DNA of 64,000 bases from Anaerolineales bacterium (GCA_035446285.1 DAOMSJ010000003.1:70713-134712), one strand, 5' to 3'; numbered from the stretch's first letter, positions 26,117-35,368 are shown. Translations and numbers: made by a program. The notes: generated from the letters alone by a model not told the origin.

Positions 26117-26144
26117 TTGACATTATCAAGAATACCTGTATACT
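26117..26144 (+). promoter_or_regulatory. Near-consensus sigma70-type promoter TTGACA-16 nt-TATACT
   Basis: Sits in a conspicuously AT-rich gap of about 170 nt. GGAGG at 26201-26205 precedes ATG 26211. Confidence 0.55.
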
Positions 26145-26210
26145 TTTCTATGATTTAACGAGCAATCATTCAGATTTTACAAGGTTCGTTTTAGATTTTT
26201 GGAGGAAACC

Positions 26211-26465
26211 ATGTACCAGAACATTCATAGCTTTGCCGAACACCGTGCGCAGGATGCCAGCCAGCTGGCTCGCCTGCAGGCCCAGGCTCACGCTGTGGAC
26301 CCGCAGCCCCAGGTTGCCGTGCTCAACAGCCTGTTCGATGAGATGCGCAACCAGGCTGCCGGCGCCCTGTTCTCTCTGGGCAGCTGGGTGGCGCCGCGCA
26401 AGTCGCTGCGCCCCACGGTGCCCGTGCAGTTGCAGCGCACGGCCAATCACAGCATCGCTGGCTAA
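26211..26465 (+). CDS. Hypothetical 84-aa protein, first gene of the five-gene operon
   Basis: Good SD and ATG, and the stop lies 2 nt before the next start. No recognisable motif. Confidence 0.5.
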   Translation: MYQNIHSFAEHRAQDASQLARLQAQAHAVDPQPQVAVLNSLFDEMRNQAAGALFSLGSWVAPRKSLRPTVPVQLQRTANHSIAG

Positions 26466-26467
26466 CC

Positions 26468-26854
26468 ATGCACCACGCTCCCTCAGCCTGCCCCGTGTGC
26501 AGCGGCGAGCTGGTGGTCACCAGCTTGCGCTGCCGCGAATGTGACACCAGCCTGCAAGGACGCTTCGCCAGCGCACCCTTCAGCCAACTCAGCGAGGACC
26601 AGCTTGCCTTCGTCGAACTCTTTGTTCGCAACGAGGGCAAGCTAACCCGCATGGAAGCCGATCTGGGCCTTTCCTACCCCACCATCCGCAACCGCCTGCT
26701 GGAGATCATTCGCAGCCTGGGGTACGAGCCCGGCGAGGATGAATTTGCCGGGCTGAGCGAAGACGAACGCAAGCAAATCGTGGATGACCTTGAACGTGGC
26801 GCCATCAGCTATGACCAAGCCATGCAGCGCATCCAAAACCTACAAGGAAATTGA
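26468..26854 (+). CDS. DUF2089-like protein (zinc ribbon + HTH)
   Basis: CPVCSGELVVTSLRCRECDTSLQGRF zinc ribbon, then LSEDQLAFVELFVRNEGKLTRMEADLGLSYPTIRNRLLEI helix-turn-helix. Confidence 0.7.
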   Translation: MHHAPSACPVCSGELVVTSLRCRECDTSLQGRFASAPFSQLSEDQLAFVELFVRNEGKLTRMEADLGLSYPTIRNRLLEIIRSLGYEPGEDEFAGLSEDERKQIVDDLERGAISYDQAMQRIQNLQGN

Positions 26855-26855
26855 G

Positions 26856-28085
26856 ATGGCACGAATAGAGATCCCCTGTGACGATGACGCCCAAATCAAC
26901 ATCGAAAGTGTGCACGGCTCGCTGCAAGTGCGCGGCTGGGACACAGACCGCGTTCGTATCGAGGCACGCAACGAAAATGACGTGCACTACACCAACACCC
27001 CCGACTCGCTAACGCTGCAAGTCACCAATGATTGCGTGCTGCGCGTGCCGCTGGCCAGCAGCCTCAATGTGCAGAAGGTGACGCGTGACGCCTACGTGCA
27101 CAACATTGAAGGCGAAGTGAGCATTGAGCAGGTGGCCGGTTCGCTCACCCTGCGCAATGTCGGCGAGACCACCGTGCAGCATGTGGCCGGCAGCTTCACC
27201 GCCCGCAACATTGAAGGCAGCCTGACCGTAGACGAAGTAGCTGGCAATGCCAGCGTGCGCAACATCGAGGGCGACTTCATTGCCCGCTCGGTGAGCGCTA
27301 ACCTGGCCGCCCGCAACATCCAAGGTGACCTGCAGGCCATGGTTGCCGGCAATGCCGACCTGCGCCTGGAATCCGAGGGCGATGTCTCCGTAGAAGCCAG
27401 CGGCAATCTGTTCTGCCGCCTCTCGGAGGCGGAGAACGCCAGTGTGCTGCTGGAGAGTGCCGCCCAGAACATCAACCTCAACACCGGCGAAGGCAAGACC
27501 CACATCCAGGCCGCCACGCACCAGTTCACCCTGGGCGACGGCTCACAAGATGTGCGCCTCGTGGCCGCCGGCCTGATCGATTTTCGCAGCCGCGGCTCCA
27601 GCGACGATCTGGACGAGCTGGATATTGACCTCGACCTGGATCTGGACTTTATGGACGACAGCAGTGCGCTGGCAGGCGAGATCACCGAGCAAATCACCGC
27701 CCAACTGGACCAGCAGATGGAGAACGTGAACGAGCAGCTCAAGCAGATGCAAGAACGCTTGCGCCACTCCACCGAGCGCGCCCAGCACCGCGCCCAACAG
27801 CGCGTGGCCGAGGTGCAACGCCGCCTGCAAAGCAAGCTAAACCAGCGCAGCTCCCGCGTGGCGGTGCAGCCCAAGAAGGCCGCCCCGGTTAGTGAACAGG
27901 AGCGCATGCTCATCTTACAGATGGTGCAAGACAAGAAGATCAGCGTGGCTCAAGCGGAAATGCTGCTGAACACCATTGAAGGCCGCCAAGCCACGCCCCC
28001 CACTCCGCCGGTGCCTCCTGTTCCACCCGTGCCTCCGGTTGCGCCGGTTGCACCGCTAGACCCTGAGGACACTCCCGATGCCTAA
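26856..28085 (+). CDS. DUF4097 / YvlB-LiaX-like beta-repeat protein with acidic run, coiled coil, SHOCT-like motif and (PPV)n tail
   Basis: Degenerate ~20-aa repeats (VAGSLTLRNVGE, VAGSFTARNIEG, VAGNASVRNIEG, VSANLAARNIQG), DDLDELDIDLDLDLDFMDD, a heptad-rich 90 aa, ERMLILQMVQDKKISVAQAEMLLNTIEG, and PPTPPVPPVPPVPPVAPVAP. Confidence 0.6.
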   Translation: MARIEIPCDDDAQINIESVHGSLQVRGWDTDRVRIEARNENDVHYTNTPDSLTLQVTNDCVLRVPLASSLNVQKVTRDAYVHNIEGEVSIEQVAGSLTLRNVGETTVQHVAGSFTARNIEGSLTVDEVAGNASVRNIEGDFIARSVSANLAARNIQGDLQAMVAGNADLRLESEGDVSVEASGNLFCRLSEAENASVLLESAAQNINLNTGEGKTHIQAATHQFTLGDGSQDVRLVAAGLIDFRSRGSSDDLDELDIDLDLDLDFMDDSSALAGEITEQITAQLDQQMENVNEQLKQMQERLRHSTERAQHRAQQRVAEVQRRLQSKLNQRSSRVAVQPKKAAPVSEQERMLILQMVQDKKISVAQAEMLLNTIEGRQATPPTPPVPPVPPVPPVAPVAPLDPEDTPDA

Positions 28086-28701
28086 CGCCCAGCAACGCAT
28101 GGAGATATTGCTGCGCCTCGAACGCGGCGAGATCACCCCTGCAGACGCTGAGCAGTTGCTCAGCGGCATGCAGGATCTGCCTCCAGCAGCCGATACCCGT
28201 ATGGGCATCCTGGAGCAGGTGGAACGCGGCCAGCTCAGTGCAGATGAGGCCACACAGCGCCTATTGCAGCAGCCTACTGTAGTCATCCACGAGGCTCAAC
28301 ACCGTGCGCGTGACGAGCGCACGGTGTTTGAAAATGAACATGTGAGCGTCACCCCCATCAAGCCCAAGCAAAGCGCTGGGCGCGGCTTGCTCATCATTGG
28401 CCTGGTGATCACCATTGGCAGCGCGCTGTGGATGGGCAATGTCCTGCAGCGCAGTGGCATGAACTTCTGGTTTTTCTGCCTGTGGTTGCCCTTTGCCATC
28501 GGGCTGGCCACCGTGGTGATAGGTTGGGTGGTGCGTAACAGCGAATGGATGCGTGTACGCGTCGGCTCGCACAAACCGGGCAAACATTCAGTGAATGTTG
28601 ACATGCCCTTGCCCACCAGCGTAGTCGAAACATTTATCGAGAAGAGCACAAACTGGTTCCGCGGCAAACAAGATGAAACGCCTCGCAGAGAGGAACGCTA
28701 G
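28078..28701 (+). CDS. Two-TM membrane protein with two N-terminal SHOCT-like motifs
   Basis: QRMEILLRLERGEITPADAEQLLSGMQ and RMGILEQVERGQLSADEATQRLLQ, then TM helices GLLIIGLVITIGSALWMGNVL and FWFFCLWLPFAIGLATVVIGWVV. Overlaps the upstream stop by 8 nt. Confidence 0.55.
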   Translation: MPNAQQRMEILLRLERGEITPADAEQLLSGMQDLPPAADTRMGILEQVERGQLSADEATQRLLQQPTVVIHEAQHRARDERTVFENEHVSVTPIKPKQSAGRGLLIIGLVITIGSALWMGNVLQRSGMNFWFFCLWLPFAIGLATVVIGWVVRNSEWMRVRVGSHKPGKHSVNVDMPLPTSVVETFIEKSTNWFRGKQDETPRREER

Positions 28702-28708
28702 GAGAGCT

Positions 28709-29086
28709 ATGGCAAGCAGCGAAGAACGAATCAAGATACTGCAAATGATCCAGGACGGCAAAATCAGCCCGGATGACGGCGCCAAGTTGCTTGAGGCGCT
28801 GAACCGCAGCGCCGGGCTGCGCCCCACTCCACCCCGCCCGCCTAACCCGGTGGAGGATGGCCGTTACCTGCGTGTGCGTGTGACGGATGTCATCACTGGC
28901 AAAGCCAAGGTGAGTGTGAACTTGCCGCTCTCGCTGGTGGATGCCGGCATGAGCATCGCCTCCAACTTTGCACCGGAGATCGCCCATGCCGACATTATGG
29001 GCGCCATCCGCGACGGGCTGAGCGGCAAGATTGTGGACGTGATTGACGAAGAAGATGGGGAGCACGTCGAGATCTTTCTCGACTAG
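28709..29086 (+). CDS. Small protein: SHOCT-like motif + beta-rich C-terminal domain
   Basis: GGAGAG SD. ERIKILQMIQDGKISPDDGAKLLEAL, then YLRVRVTDVITGKAKVSVNLPLSLVDAG... Confidence 0.55.
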   Translation: MASSEERIKILQMIQDGKISPDDGAKLLEALNRSAGLRPTPPRPPNPVEDGRYLRVRVTDVITGKAKVSVNLPLSLVDAGMSIASNFAPEIAHADIMGAIRDGLSGKIVDVIDEEDGEHVEIFLD

Positions 29087-29105
29087 GCTATAACAATGCA
29101 CGTAT

Positions 29106-29136
29106 AAAAAACCGCTGAGGTCTCAGCGGTTTTTTG
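29106..29136 (+). terminator. Intrinsic terminator closing the five-gene operon
   Basis: aaaaaa-ccgctgag-gt-ctcagcgg-tttttt. Confidence 0.75.
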
Positions 29137-29160
29137 TTGCCCCTGCGCTATACTGAGTCC

Positions 29161-29592
29161 ATGGCTGTACGCAACCCAGACGAAGTTTTCGTCACCGCGG
29201 AACAACTGCCCAACGCGTGCAGTGGGCCGCTGCACGCCGAGGCCGCACGCGGCATCGCCCTATTCAACGCCGGCCAGTACTGGGAAGCACACGAGGCCTT
29301 GGAAGCCGCCTGGAAAGAGGAACAAGGCCCAGCACGCCATCTGTACAAGGGTATTTTGCAAGCCGGGGTGATGTACCTGCAGATTCAGCGCGGCAACTAC
29401 GTAGGTATGGCCAAGATGTACGAGCGCTGCAAAAAATGGCTGCGCCCCTGGCCAGCGCTGTGCCGCGGCGTGGACGTAGAGCAACTGCGTGCGGATGTGG
29501 AAACGGTGATGGAAGCGGCGCGGGCGCTGGGGCCAGAGCGCCTGGGGGAATTCGATTGGGGATTAATGAAGAAGATAGTGGTTAGTGATTAG
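29161..29592 (+). CDS. DUF309 domain protein
   Basis: GIALFNAGQYWEAHEALEAAWKEE...GILQAGVMYLQIQRGN is typical of DUF309. Confidence 0.65.
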   Translation: MAVRNPDEVFVTAEQLPNACSGPLHAEAARGIALFNAGQYWEAHEALEAAWKEEQGPARHLYKGILQAGVMYLQIQRGNYVGMAKMYERCKKWLRPWPALCRGVDVEQLRADVETVMEAARALGPERLGEFDWGLMKKIVVSD

Positions 29593-29645
29593 AGATTGAT
29601 GCATCAAACCAGGCAAACGCAACCTGCTCCGTGGGCATGACGCGT

Positions 29646-30236
29646 TTATGCCGCAGACTCGCCTTCCAGAATGTCGGCGATTTGCTGGCTGCCAACCAGC
29701 GCGCTGAACGGCGTGGGAACTTGTGGCTCAGACGCGGCAGGCCGCAGCACGCGTTCCCACCAGCCCACGTCATGCCATGTGTTCAGCTTGTAGCCAACAG
29801 CTTTGTATACGGCAAAGTGCGTGAAGCCGAGCGACTCATGCAGCCCAATGCTGCTCAAGCCAGGCAAGGTGATAACCGCATAGGCCTTGTAGAAGCCTTG
29901 CAGCTGCAGAATGGCCAACAATGCTTTATACATACGGGTCGCCAAACCTTTGTGTCGTGCCTGCGGATGCACATACACCGAAGTCTCCACTACCCATTGA
30001 TACGCCGGGCGCGGGCGGTGCCTGCTAGCATAGGCGTAGCCCAAAATGCGGCTGTCGGCCTCTGCCACCAGCCAAGGATAGTCCGCCAAGATAGTAAGCA
30101 TGCGGGACTGCATGTCTGTAATTGAAGGTGGCTCGATTTCAAACGAGGCGGAGGTTTCGCGCACCACTGGCGCGTAAATTTCCAGTATGGCGGCTGCATC
30201 TCCACTGGCCGCCGGGCGGAGCTTGATGTTTTGCAA
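29646..30236 (-). CDS. GNAT family N-acetyltransferase (phosphinothricin acetyltransferase-like)
   Basis: IRPAASGDAAAILEIY...ILGYAYAS...VYVHPQARHKGLATRMYKALL acetyl-CoA binding segment. Confidence 0.8.
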   Translation of the reverse strand: MQNIKLRPAASGDAAAILEIYAPVVRETSASFEIEPPSITDMQSRMLTILADYPWLVAEADSRILGYAYASRHRPRPAYQWVVETSVYVHPQARHKGLATRMYKALLAILQLQGFYKAYAVITLPGLSSIGLHESLGFTHFAVYKAVGYKLNTWHDVGWWERVLRPAASEPQVPTPFSALVGSQQIADILEGESAA

Positions 30237-30881
30237 CTACACGCCCTGCAGCACCACGCGGGCGGGTGCGCCATCGGTCTTATCCAGCTTGAGCGGCAAG
30301 CACCAGAAGTTGTAGCGCCCCTGCGCCACCTGCGAGAGGTTCAGCCCCTCAACGATGACCACGCCAGCGCTGAGCAAGGTCACGTGGGTCGGCTGTGGCT
30401 CAGGGAACGGCGCCACGGACAAGTAATCCACCCCCACCAGTTTGACGCCGCGTTCCACCAGATATTTAGCGGCGCTTTCATCAACGCCTACATAGCTCTC
30501 GTCAAAGGCTTTATATTCGCCCTTGGCCCAGTGCTTGGAGTTGCGCGTGCGGATCAGCACACGCTGCGTGCGCGGCGGAATGCCGGCAGCTTCCAGATGG
30601 CTGGGCAGCACGCGCTCTACGCTGTCATCCAGATGCACTACATACGCCCGCCCGATCAGTGTCTTGAGCGAAAGACTCTCGACCGTACTGCCATCTTTGA
30701 TGAAGTGATAGGGAGCATCCACATGCGTGCCGGTGTGCACGCCCATCTCAATGCGTGAGACGTTGGCGAGCGAACCCTCCTCAATCTTTTGCACACGCCC
30801 TAGCGAGACACCCGGGTCACCGGGCCACACAGGCATGGAAGGAGAGATGGTGAGGGTTACATCGTAAGTTCGCATCTTCAT
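30237..30881 (-). CDS. Cyclase family protein / kynurenine formamidase-like
   Basis: HTGTHVDAPYHF metal-binding motif, about 214 aa. Directly abuts the GNAT start. Confidence 0.8.
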   Translation of the reverse strand: MKMRTYDVTLTISPSMPVWPGDPGVSLGRVQKIEEGSLANVSRIEMGVHTGTHVDAPYHFIKDGSTVESLSLKTLIGRAYVVHLDDSVERVLPSHLEAAGIPPRTQRVLIRTRNSKHWAKGEYKAFDESYVGVDESAAKYLVERGVKLVGVDYLSVAPFPEPQPTHVTLLSAGVVIVEGLNLSQVAQGRYNFWCLPLKLDKTDGAPARVVLQGV

Positions 30882-30950
30882 GGCAGTATATAGAGCGGCG
30901 CTTTCTTACGCCAGTAAATTTGCTACAGAGCTTGAGCCAACACTATGAGC

Positions 30951-31880
30951 TTAGAGCTCATAGCTCTTGTGCAGGTCTGCTTTCCAATCTATGTTCTGCA
31001 AGTAAGCCAGGCGTTGTGAGAAGCGCGCCGGCATCAGGTGAAACATACGCGGCACAGTATCCAGCTCACAAATGCGGTCAGCCGCCAGATAATCCAGCCA
31101 ATAGCTGGAAACTGGCAAGCGCGGCGCCATGGTGTGCAGCAAGACATTCAGCAGACGCAGGTATGAGGGACGCACCGAGAACAAGCGGTGCGGCTGGCCG
31201 CTGCGCTGCATCACCAGCTCGACAATGCGGCGGTAGGAGATATGCTCCGGGCCGCCGACGTCGATCGTTTGGCCCAGCGTCTCGTCATCTTCAAGGCACC
31301 AGGCCAGGCAGGTCACCAGATCCTCGACCCAGATGGGCTGCAGCAACGCCGAACCCTCGCCGGGCAGCGGAAAGACGCGCGGCGTGTAGGCCAGCAGCTG
31401 CGCCAGGCGCACGGTGAAGTGGTCGCCCGGCCCATATACGATGGCCGAGCGCAGGATGGTGCTGGGAATAGGGCTCTGGCGGATGAACTCCTCAGCGATG
31501 CCCTTGGTCTTGAGCACCGGGAATGCCGCGGCACGGTCCGCATCCAGGTGGCTGAGGTAGATCAATCGCTTGATGCCCACCTCCTGCGCGGCTTGCAGCA
31601 GGTTGCGCGTGCCATCAATATCGGTAGTGCGTAAGTCATCGCCAGGGTCTGCCCAGTCAATGCCGGCCAGGTGATACACAGTGTCCACACCCACCAATGC
31701 AGCGCGCAGACCGCGGATATCGGCCAGGCTGCTCAACGCCGCCTGCACCGCTACGCCATGCGGCAGTTGCGGCGAGCGCTGCGAGGGGCGGATCAGGGTA
31801 CGCACTTCACGCCCCTCTTGCACAAGGCGATCAATCAAACGCTGACCGATAAAGCCGGGGCCGCCGGTGACCAATATCAT
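30951..31880 (-). CDS. NAD(P)-dependent epimerase/dehydratase (SDR, NmrA/complex-I NDUFA9-like)
   Basis: MILVTGGPGFIGQRLIDRLV Rossmann start. The ORF-track 565-aa version is a spurious upstream extension antisense to the PAP2 gene. Confidence 0.75.
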   Translation of the reverse strand: MILVTGGPGFIGQRLIDRLVQEGREVRTLIRPSQRSPQLPHGVAVQAALSSLADIRGLRAALVGVDTVYHLAGIDWADPGDDLRTTDIDGTRNLLQAAQEVGIKRLIYLSHLDADRAAAFPVLKTKGIAEEFIRQSPIPSTILRSAIVYGPGDHFTVRLAQLLAYTPRVFPLPGEGSALLQPIWVEDLVTCLAWCLEDDETLGQTIDVGGPEHISYRRIVELVMQRSGQPHRLFSVRPSYLRLLNVLLHTMAPRLPVSSYWLDYLAADRICELDTVPRMFHLMPARFSQRLAYLQNIDWKADLHKSYEL

Positions 31881-31979
31881 GGGCTGTTTTGTACCATATG
31901 CGTATCTAAGTGCGGTTAAACTTGTTAACAATATATTCGCCGTTGCTTCATCCCCCCTTAAAGGCTGTGAACTAAGCTT

Positions 31980-32633
31980 ATGCCTAAGATGCAAACCGCT
32001 ACTACTGCTGACCGCGCCGCTGGCAACCCCTTGTGGGTCATCGCCAAGGCGATCTCTGTGCTCACCAGCCCGGCTGTGCTGAGCTTTGCCAGCATGTATC
32101 TGATGGGTGCCGAGATCAACGATGCGCGCTTCTGGCCCTGGGCCGGTGTGTATGCCAGCTTCGGCTTCGTGCTGCCGCTGCTGTATCTGATCTATCTGAT
32201 GCGCAAAGGCGAAGTGAGCAACTTTCATATGAAGGAACGCACTGAGCGCATCAAGCCGATGGCGTTCATCTTCATCGTCTTCAGCCTGGCCAGCATCGTG
32301 ATGTACTTTATGGATGCACCCTTCGTCATTCAGGCGTTCACCTATGTGGGCGCGCTGCAAGGCCTGCTGATGCTGCTGATCACTCTCAAGTGGAAGATCA
32401 GCGGGCACGGCGCTGGCATCGCCGCCTTTGTGCTGTTGCTGTGGGCATTGTTTGGCCCGGCAGCCGCGCCCTTCTTCCTGCTGGTGCCGCTGGTGCTGTG
32501 GGCACGTGTGTACACAGACCGCCACGACCTGCCGCAAACTATCATCGGTGCGGTGGCAGGCTTTGCCTTCATGGCCTCGGCGCTGGCGCTTATTGCTGCG
32601 CGTTGCCCAGGAGCTGGCTTGGCCTGTTTCTAG
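31980..32633 (+). CDS. PAP2-superfamily membrane phosphatase-like protein
   Basis: Six hydrophobic helices. KWKISGHGAG and ARVYTDRHDLPQ resemble PAP2 motifs C2/C3. Confidence 0.55.
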   Translation: MPKMQTATTADRAAGNPLWVIAKAISVLTSPAVLSFASMYLMGAEINDARFWPWAGVYASFGFVLPLLYLIYLMRKGEVSNFHMKERTERIKPMAFIFIVFSLASIVMYFMDAPFVIQAFTYVGALQGLLMLLITLKWKISGHGAGIAAFVLLLWALFGPAAAPFFLLVPLVLWARVYTDRHDLPQTIIGAVAGFAFMASALALIAARCPGAGLACF

Positions 32634-32715
32634 GCCGGCATCAGTCACTACTCAAGAGGTTCACCCAATCCCTGAAAATCGAGGGGTTGGCACGTCTCTT
32701 GCATCCTATGCCAGC

Positions 32716-34059
32716 ATGATGCTGGACATAACGATGCAAGAGAATTCGTTTAAAGGCAATGCAAGCCGTGACCGTTTCGGGGTGCACTACTTCCCTGACA
32801 GCGAGCACTACACCACGGCCGATATGCTGGCCTGGCTGCCCAAGCTGCAAGCCATGGGCGCCAACTGGGCCATCCTGCAGGCCACGGCTGAGCGGGCCAT
32901 CCCTGAAGACTTTATCCGCAGCCTGGCACAGGCGGGCATTGAGCCCGTGCTGCACTTCCAGCTGCCGCTGGACAACGCCGGCGCGGATGCCGAGATGCTG
33001 CGCCCCCTGTTTGAGGCCTATGCCAAATGGGGCGTGCGCTACGCCGTGCTGTTTGACAAGCCCAACCTGCGCAGCCAGTGGCCCGCCACCGGCTGGACGC
33101 AGCGCGGCTTGGTGCCGCGCTTCCTCGAACTTTTCACCCCGCTGGCGCAGGCCGCGCTGGACGCGGGTCTGATCCCCGTCTTCCCTCCGTTGGAGCCGGG
33201 TGGCGATTATTGGGACACCGCCTTCGTGCGCGGCGCGCTGGAAGCGCTGGCGCAACAAGGCCACGAAATGCTGCTGAATAACCTGGCCCTGGGCGCCTAC
33301 GCCTGGGCGGGTGACAAAGGACTCACCTGGGGCGAGGGCGGCCCGGAACGCTGGCCCGCTACGCTGCCTTACTCCACACCGGAGAACAGCCAGGATCAGC
33401 GCGGCTTCCGCATCTTTGATTGGTACAACGCCGTCAGCCAAGCTGCCATTGGCCACACCCTGCCCATCGTTCTGGTGGCCACAGGCATGCAGGCCGAAGG
33501 CGACGCCGATGCGGCCAGCATGCAATCGCTGATCGCTGCGCTCAAGAGCGCCGAGCTGCCCAGCAACGTGATTGCCAGCGGCGTGTGGCTGCTGGCGGCC
33601 GAAGCCGACAGCGCCGCCGCTGGCCAGGCCTGGTTCAGCGCCAAGGGTCTGCCGCAACCACTGGCCGAAGTGCTGCTGGAGCCCGGCCGCCTGGCGGCGC
33701 ACAGCTTCCCCACGGCGTTCACCCCCGAGGACACTTTCCCCGAGGCGGATGTGGAAACCACCCACGCGGTGAGCCACAGCCTGCCCGCCATCGAGATGGA
33801 CGATGCAGCCTCTGCACCGGTTGCAGGCCGCGCCGGCAGCATCCGCCACTACCTGCTGCTGCCCGATGCCAACTGGCCACTGCAGCAGGCCATGCCCTTC
33901 ATTGCTCACTATCAGCCCACGATTGGCTTCTCGCTAGAAGAAGCCAAGCTGGCCCAGCGCGTGACGCTGGCTGGCGGGCTGGATGCTTTTTCAGATACCA
34001 CACTGCGCGAGCTGATTGCGGCTGGCTGCCAGGTCAACAACCTGCCCAGCCAAGCCTGA
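32716..34059 (+). CDS. Hypothetical protein (possible TIM-barrel glycosidase-like N-domain) immediately upstream of ftsZ
   Basis: Coding-like composition. Alternating beta/alpha pattern (GANWAILQA, IEPVLHF, VRYAVLFDKPN, LIPVFPPLEPGG). No diagnostic catalytic motif recognised. Start at ATG 32716 is chosen to avoid overlap with the PAP2 gene. Confidence 0.4.
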   Translation: MMLDITMQENSFKGNASRDRFGVHYFPDSEHYTTADMLAWLPKLQAMGANWAILQATAERAIPEDFIRSLAQAGIEPVLHFQLPLDNAGADAEMLRPLFEAYAKWGVRYAVLFDKPNLRSQWPATGWTQRGLVPRFLELFTPLAQAALDAGLIPVFPPLEPGGDYWDTAFVRGALEALAQQGHEMLLNNLALGAYAWAGDKGLTWGEGGPERWPATLPYSTPENSQDQRGFRIFDWYNAVSQAAIGHTLPIVLVATGMQAEGDADAASMQSLIAALKSAELPSNVIASGVWLLAAEADSAAAGQAWFSAKGLPQPLAEVLLEPGRLAAHSFPTAFTPEDTFPEADVETTHAVSHSLPAIEMDDAASAPVAGRAGSIRHYLLLPDANWPLQQAMPFIAHYQPTIGFSLEEAKLAQRVTLAGGLDAFSDTTLRELIAAGCQVNNLPSQA

Positions 34060-34080
34060 GCTGCGCAACGAGGAGCTGCT

Positions 34081-35364
34081 ATGGAACAGATCAACACACA
34101 CGAAACCCAACCGAGCTATGTCAAATACGGCCCTGTCATTAAAGTTGTGGGCCTCGGTGGCGGCGGCAGCAACGCCGTGGACCGCATGATCGAGCTGGGC
34201 TTGGAAGGCATTGACTTCATCGCCGCCAATACTGATTACCAGGTGCTGCGACAGAGCCTGGCCCCCACCAAGGTGCAGCTTGGCCCCATGCTGACCCGCG
34301 GCCTGGGCGCCGGTGGCGATCCTGAGGTCGGCCGCCAAGCCGCCATCGAGAGCCGCAAGGAGCTTGAAGCCGCGCTGCAAGGCGCCGACATGGTGTTCCT
34401 CACGGCGGGCATGGGCGGCGGCACGGGCACTGGCTCGATTGGTATCGCCGGCGAAGTGGCGCGCAGCCTGGGCGCGGTAACGATTGCGGTAGTGACGATG
34501 CCCTTCAGCTTTGAGATGGGCCGCCGCCTCAAGAACGCCCAGGAAGGGCTTGCGATGCTGCAGCCCAACACGGATACGCTCATCGCTATTCCCAATGACC
34601 GCTTGCTGTATGTGGCGCCGCACGACTTGCCGCTGGAAACCGCCTTCCGCATGGCCGATGATGTGCTGCGCCAATCGGTGCAGGGCATTGCCGAGCTAGT
34701 CACCCAGCCTGGCCTGATCAATGTGGACTTTGCCCACGTGCGCAATATGATGCTCAAGGGCGGTGGCGCACTGATGGCCATCGGCCAGGGCAAGGGTGAA
34801 GGCAAGGCCGTAGCCGCTGTGCAGCAAGCACTCAACCACCCCCTCTTGGAGAGCGTGTCCCTGAAGGATGCCTCAGGTGTTATTGCCAACTTTAGCGGCG
34901 GTGATGACCTGAGCCTGTTTGAAGTTGGCGAGGCGCTGGGCTACCTGCGCGACCTCGTGAATGAAGATGTTGAAGTGGTGATGGGCGTCTCGCATGATGA
35001 GCGCATGACCGAGCGCACTCAGGTGATCCTGGTGGTGACCGGCATCGGCGCCAAGAGCCTCTCCGATGTGTTGCCGGGTGCGGAGAAGCTGCAACCGGTA
35101 GCCGTCTCGACGGCGGTGCCAGCCGCCGCTAAAGTTGTGGCCGTGCCAGCCATGGCCGCAGTGGGCGCTGGCGATGAGTACGCCGCGCACGAAGACGAGC
35201 CCAGCGAGAGTGTCTTCCAGGCCGGTCTGCAAGACCAGCCCGCGCAAGTGGAGATGATGGCAGAGAGCATGCCCGCCATGCCGGTGGATGTGCTCAATGA
35301 CCTGGATGTGCCCGCCTTTATGCGCAAGCGTGCGCGCTTCAACCTGCGCGTGGGCGAGCAGTAA
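34081..35364 (+). CDS. ftsZ: Cell division protein FtsZ
   Basis: GLGGGGSNAV and the tubulin signature GMGGGTGTG. C-terminal conserved peptide DLDVPAFMRK. Confidence 0.95.
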   Translation: MEQINTHETQPSYVKYGPVIKVVGLGGGGSNAVDRMIELGLEGIDFIAANTDYQVLRQSLAPTKVQLGPMLTRGLGAGGDPEVGRQAAIESRKELEAALQGADMVFLTAGMGGGTGTGSIGIAGEVARSLGAVTIAVVTMPFSFEMGRRLKNAQEGLAMLQPNTDTLIAIPNDRLLYVAPHDLPLETAFRMADDVLRQSVQGIAELVTQPGLINVDFAHVRNMMLKGGGALMAIGQGKGEGKAVAAVQQALNHPLLESVSLKDASGVIANFSGGDDLSLFEVGEALGYLRDLVNEDVEVVMGVSHDERMTERTQVILVVTGIGAKSLSDVLPGAEKLQPVAVSTAVPAAAKVVAVPAMAAVGAGDEYAAHEDEPSESVFQAGLQDQPAQVEMMAESMPAMPVDVLNDLDVPAFMRKRARFNLRVGEQ

Positions 35365-35368
35365 GCCC

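Noticed and set aside
31881-32648. N-terminal 256-aa extension of the 565-aa minus-strand ORF (30951..32648)
   Set aside because: The SDR domain starts cleanly at MILVTGGPGFIG (31880). The upstream part is His/Gln/Arg-rich nonsense antisense to the PAP2-like gene.
32641-33909. 422-aa minus-strand ORF
   Set aside because: It is antisense to the better-supported plus-strand gene upstream of ftsZ. Its extreme Arg/Gly/Ala/Gln content and lack of motifs argue against it.
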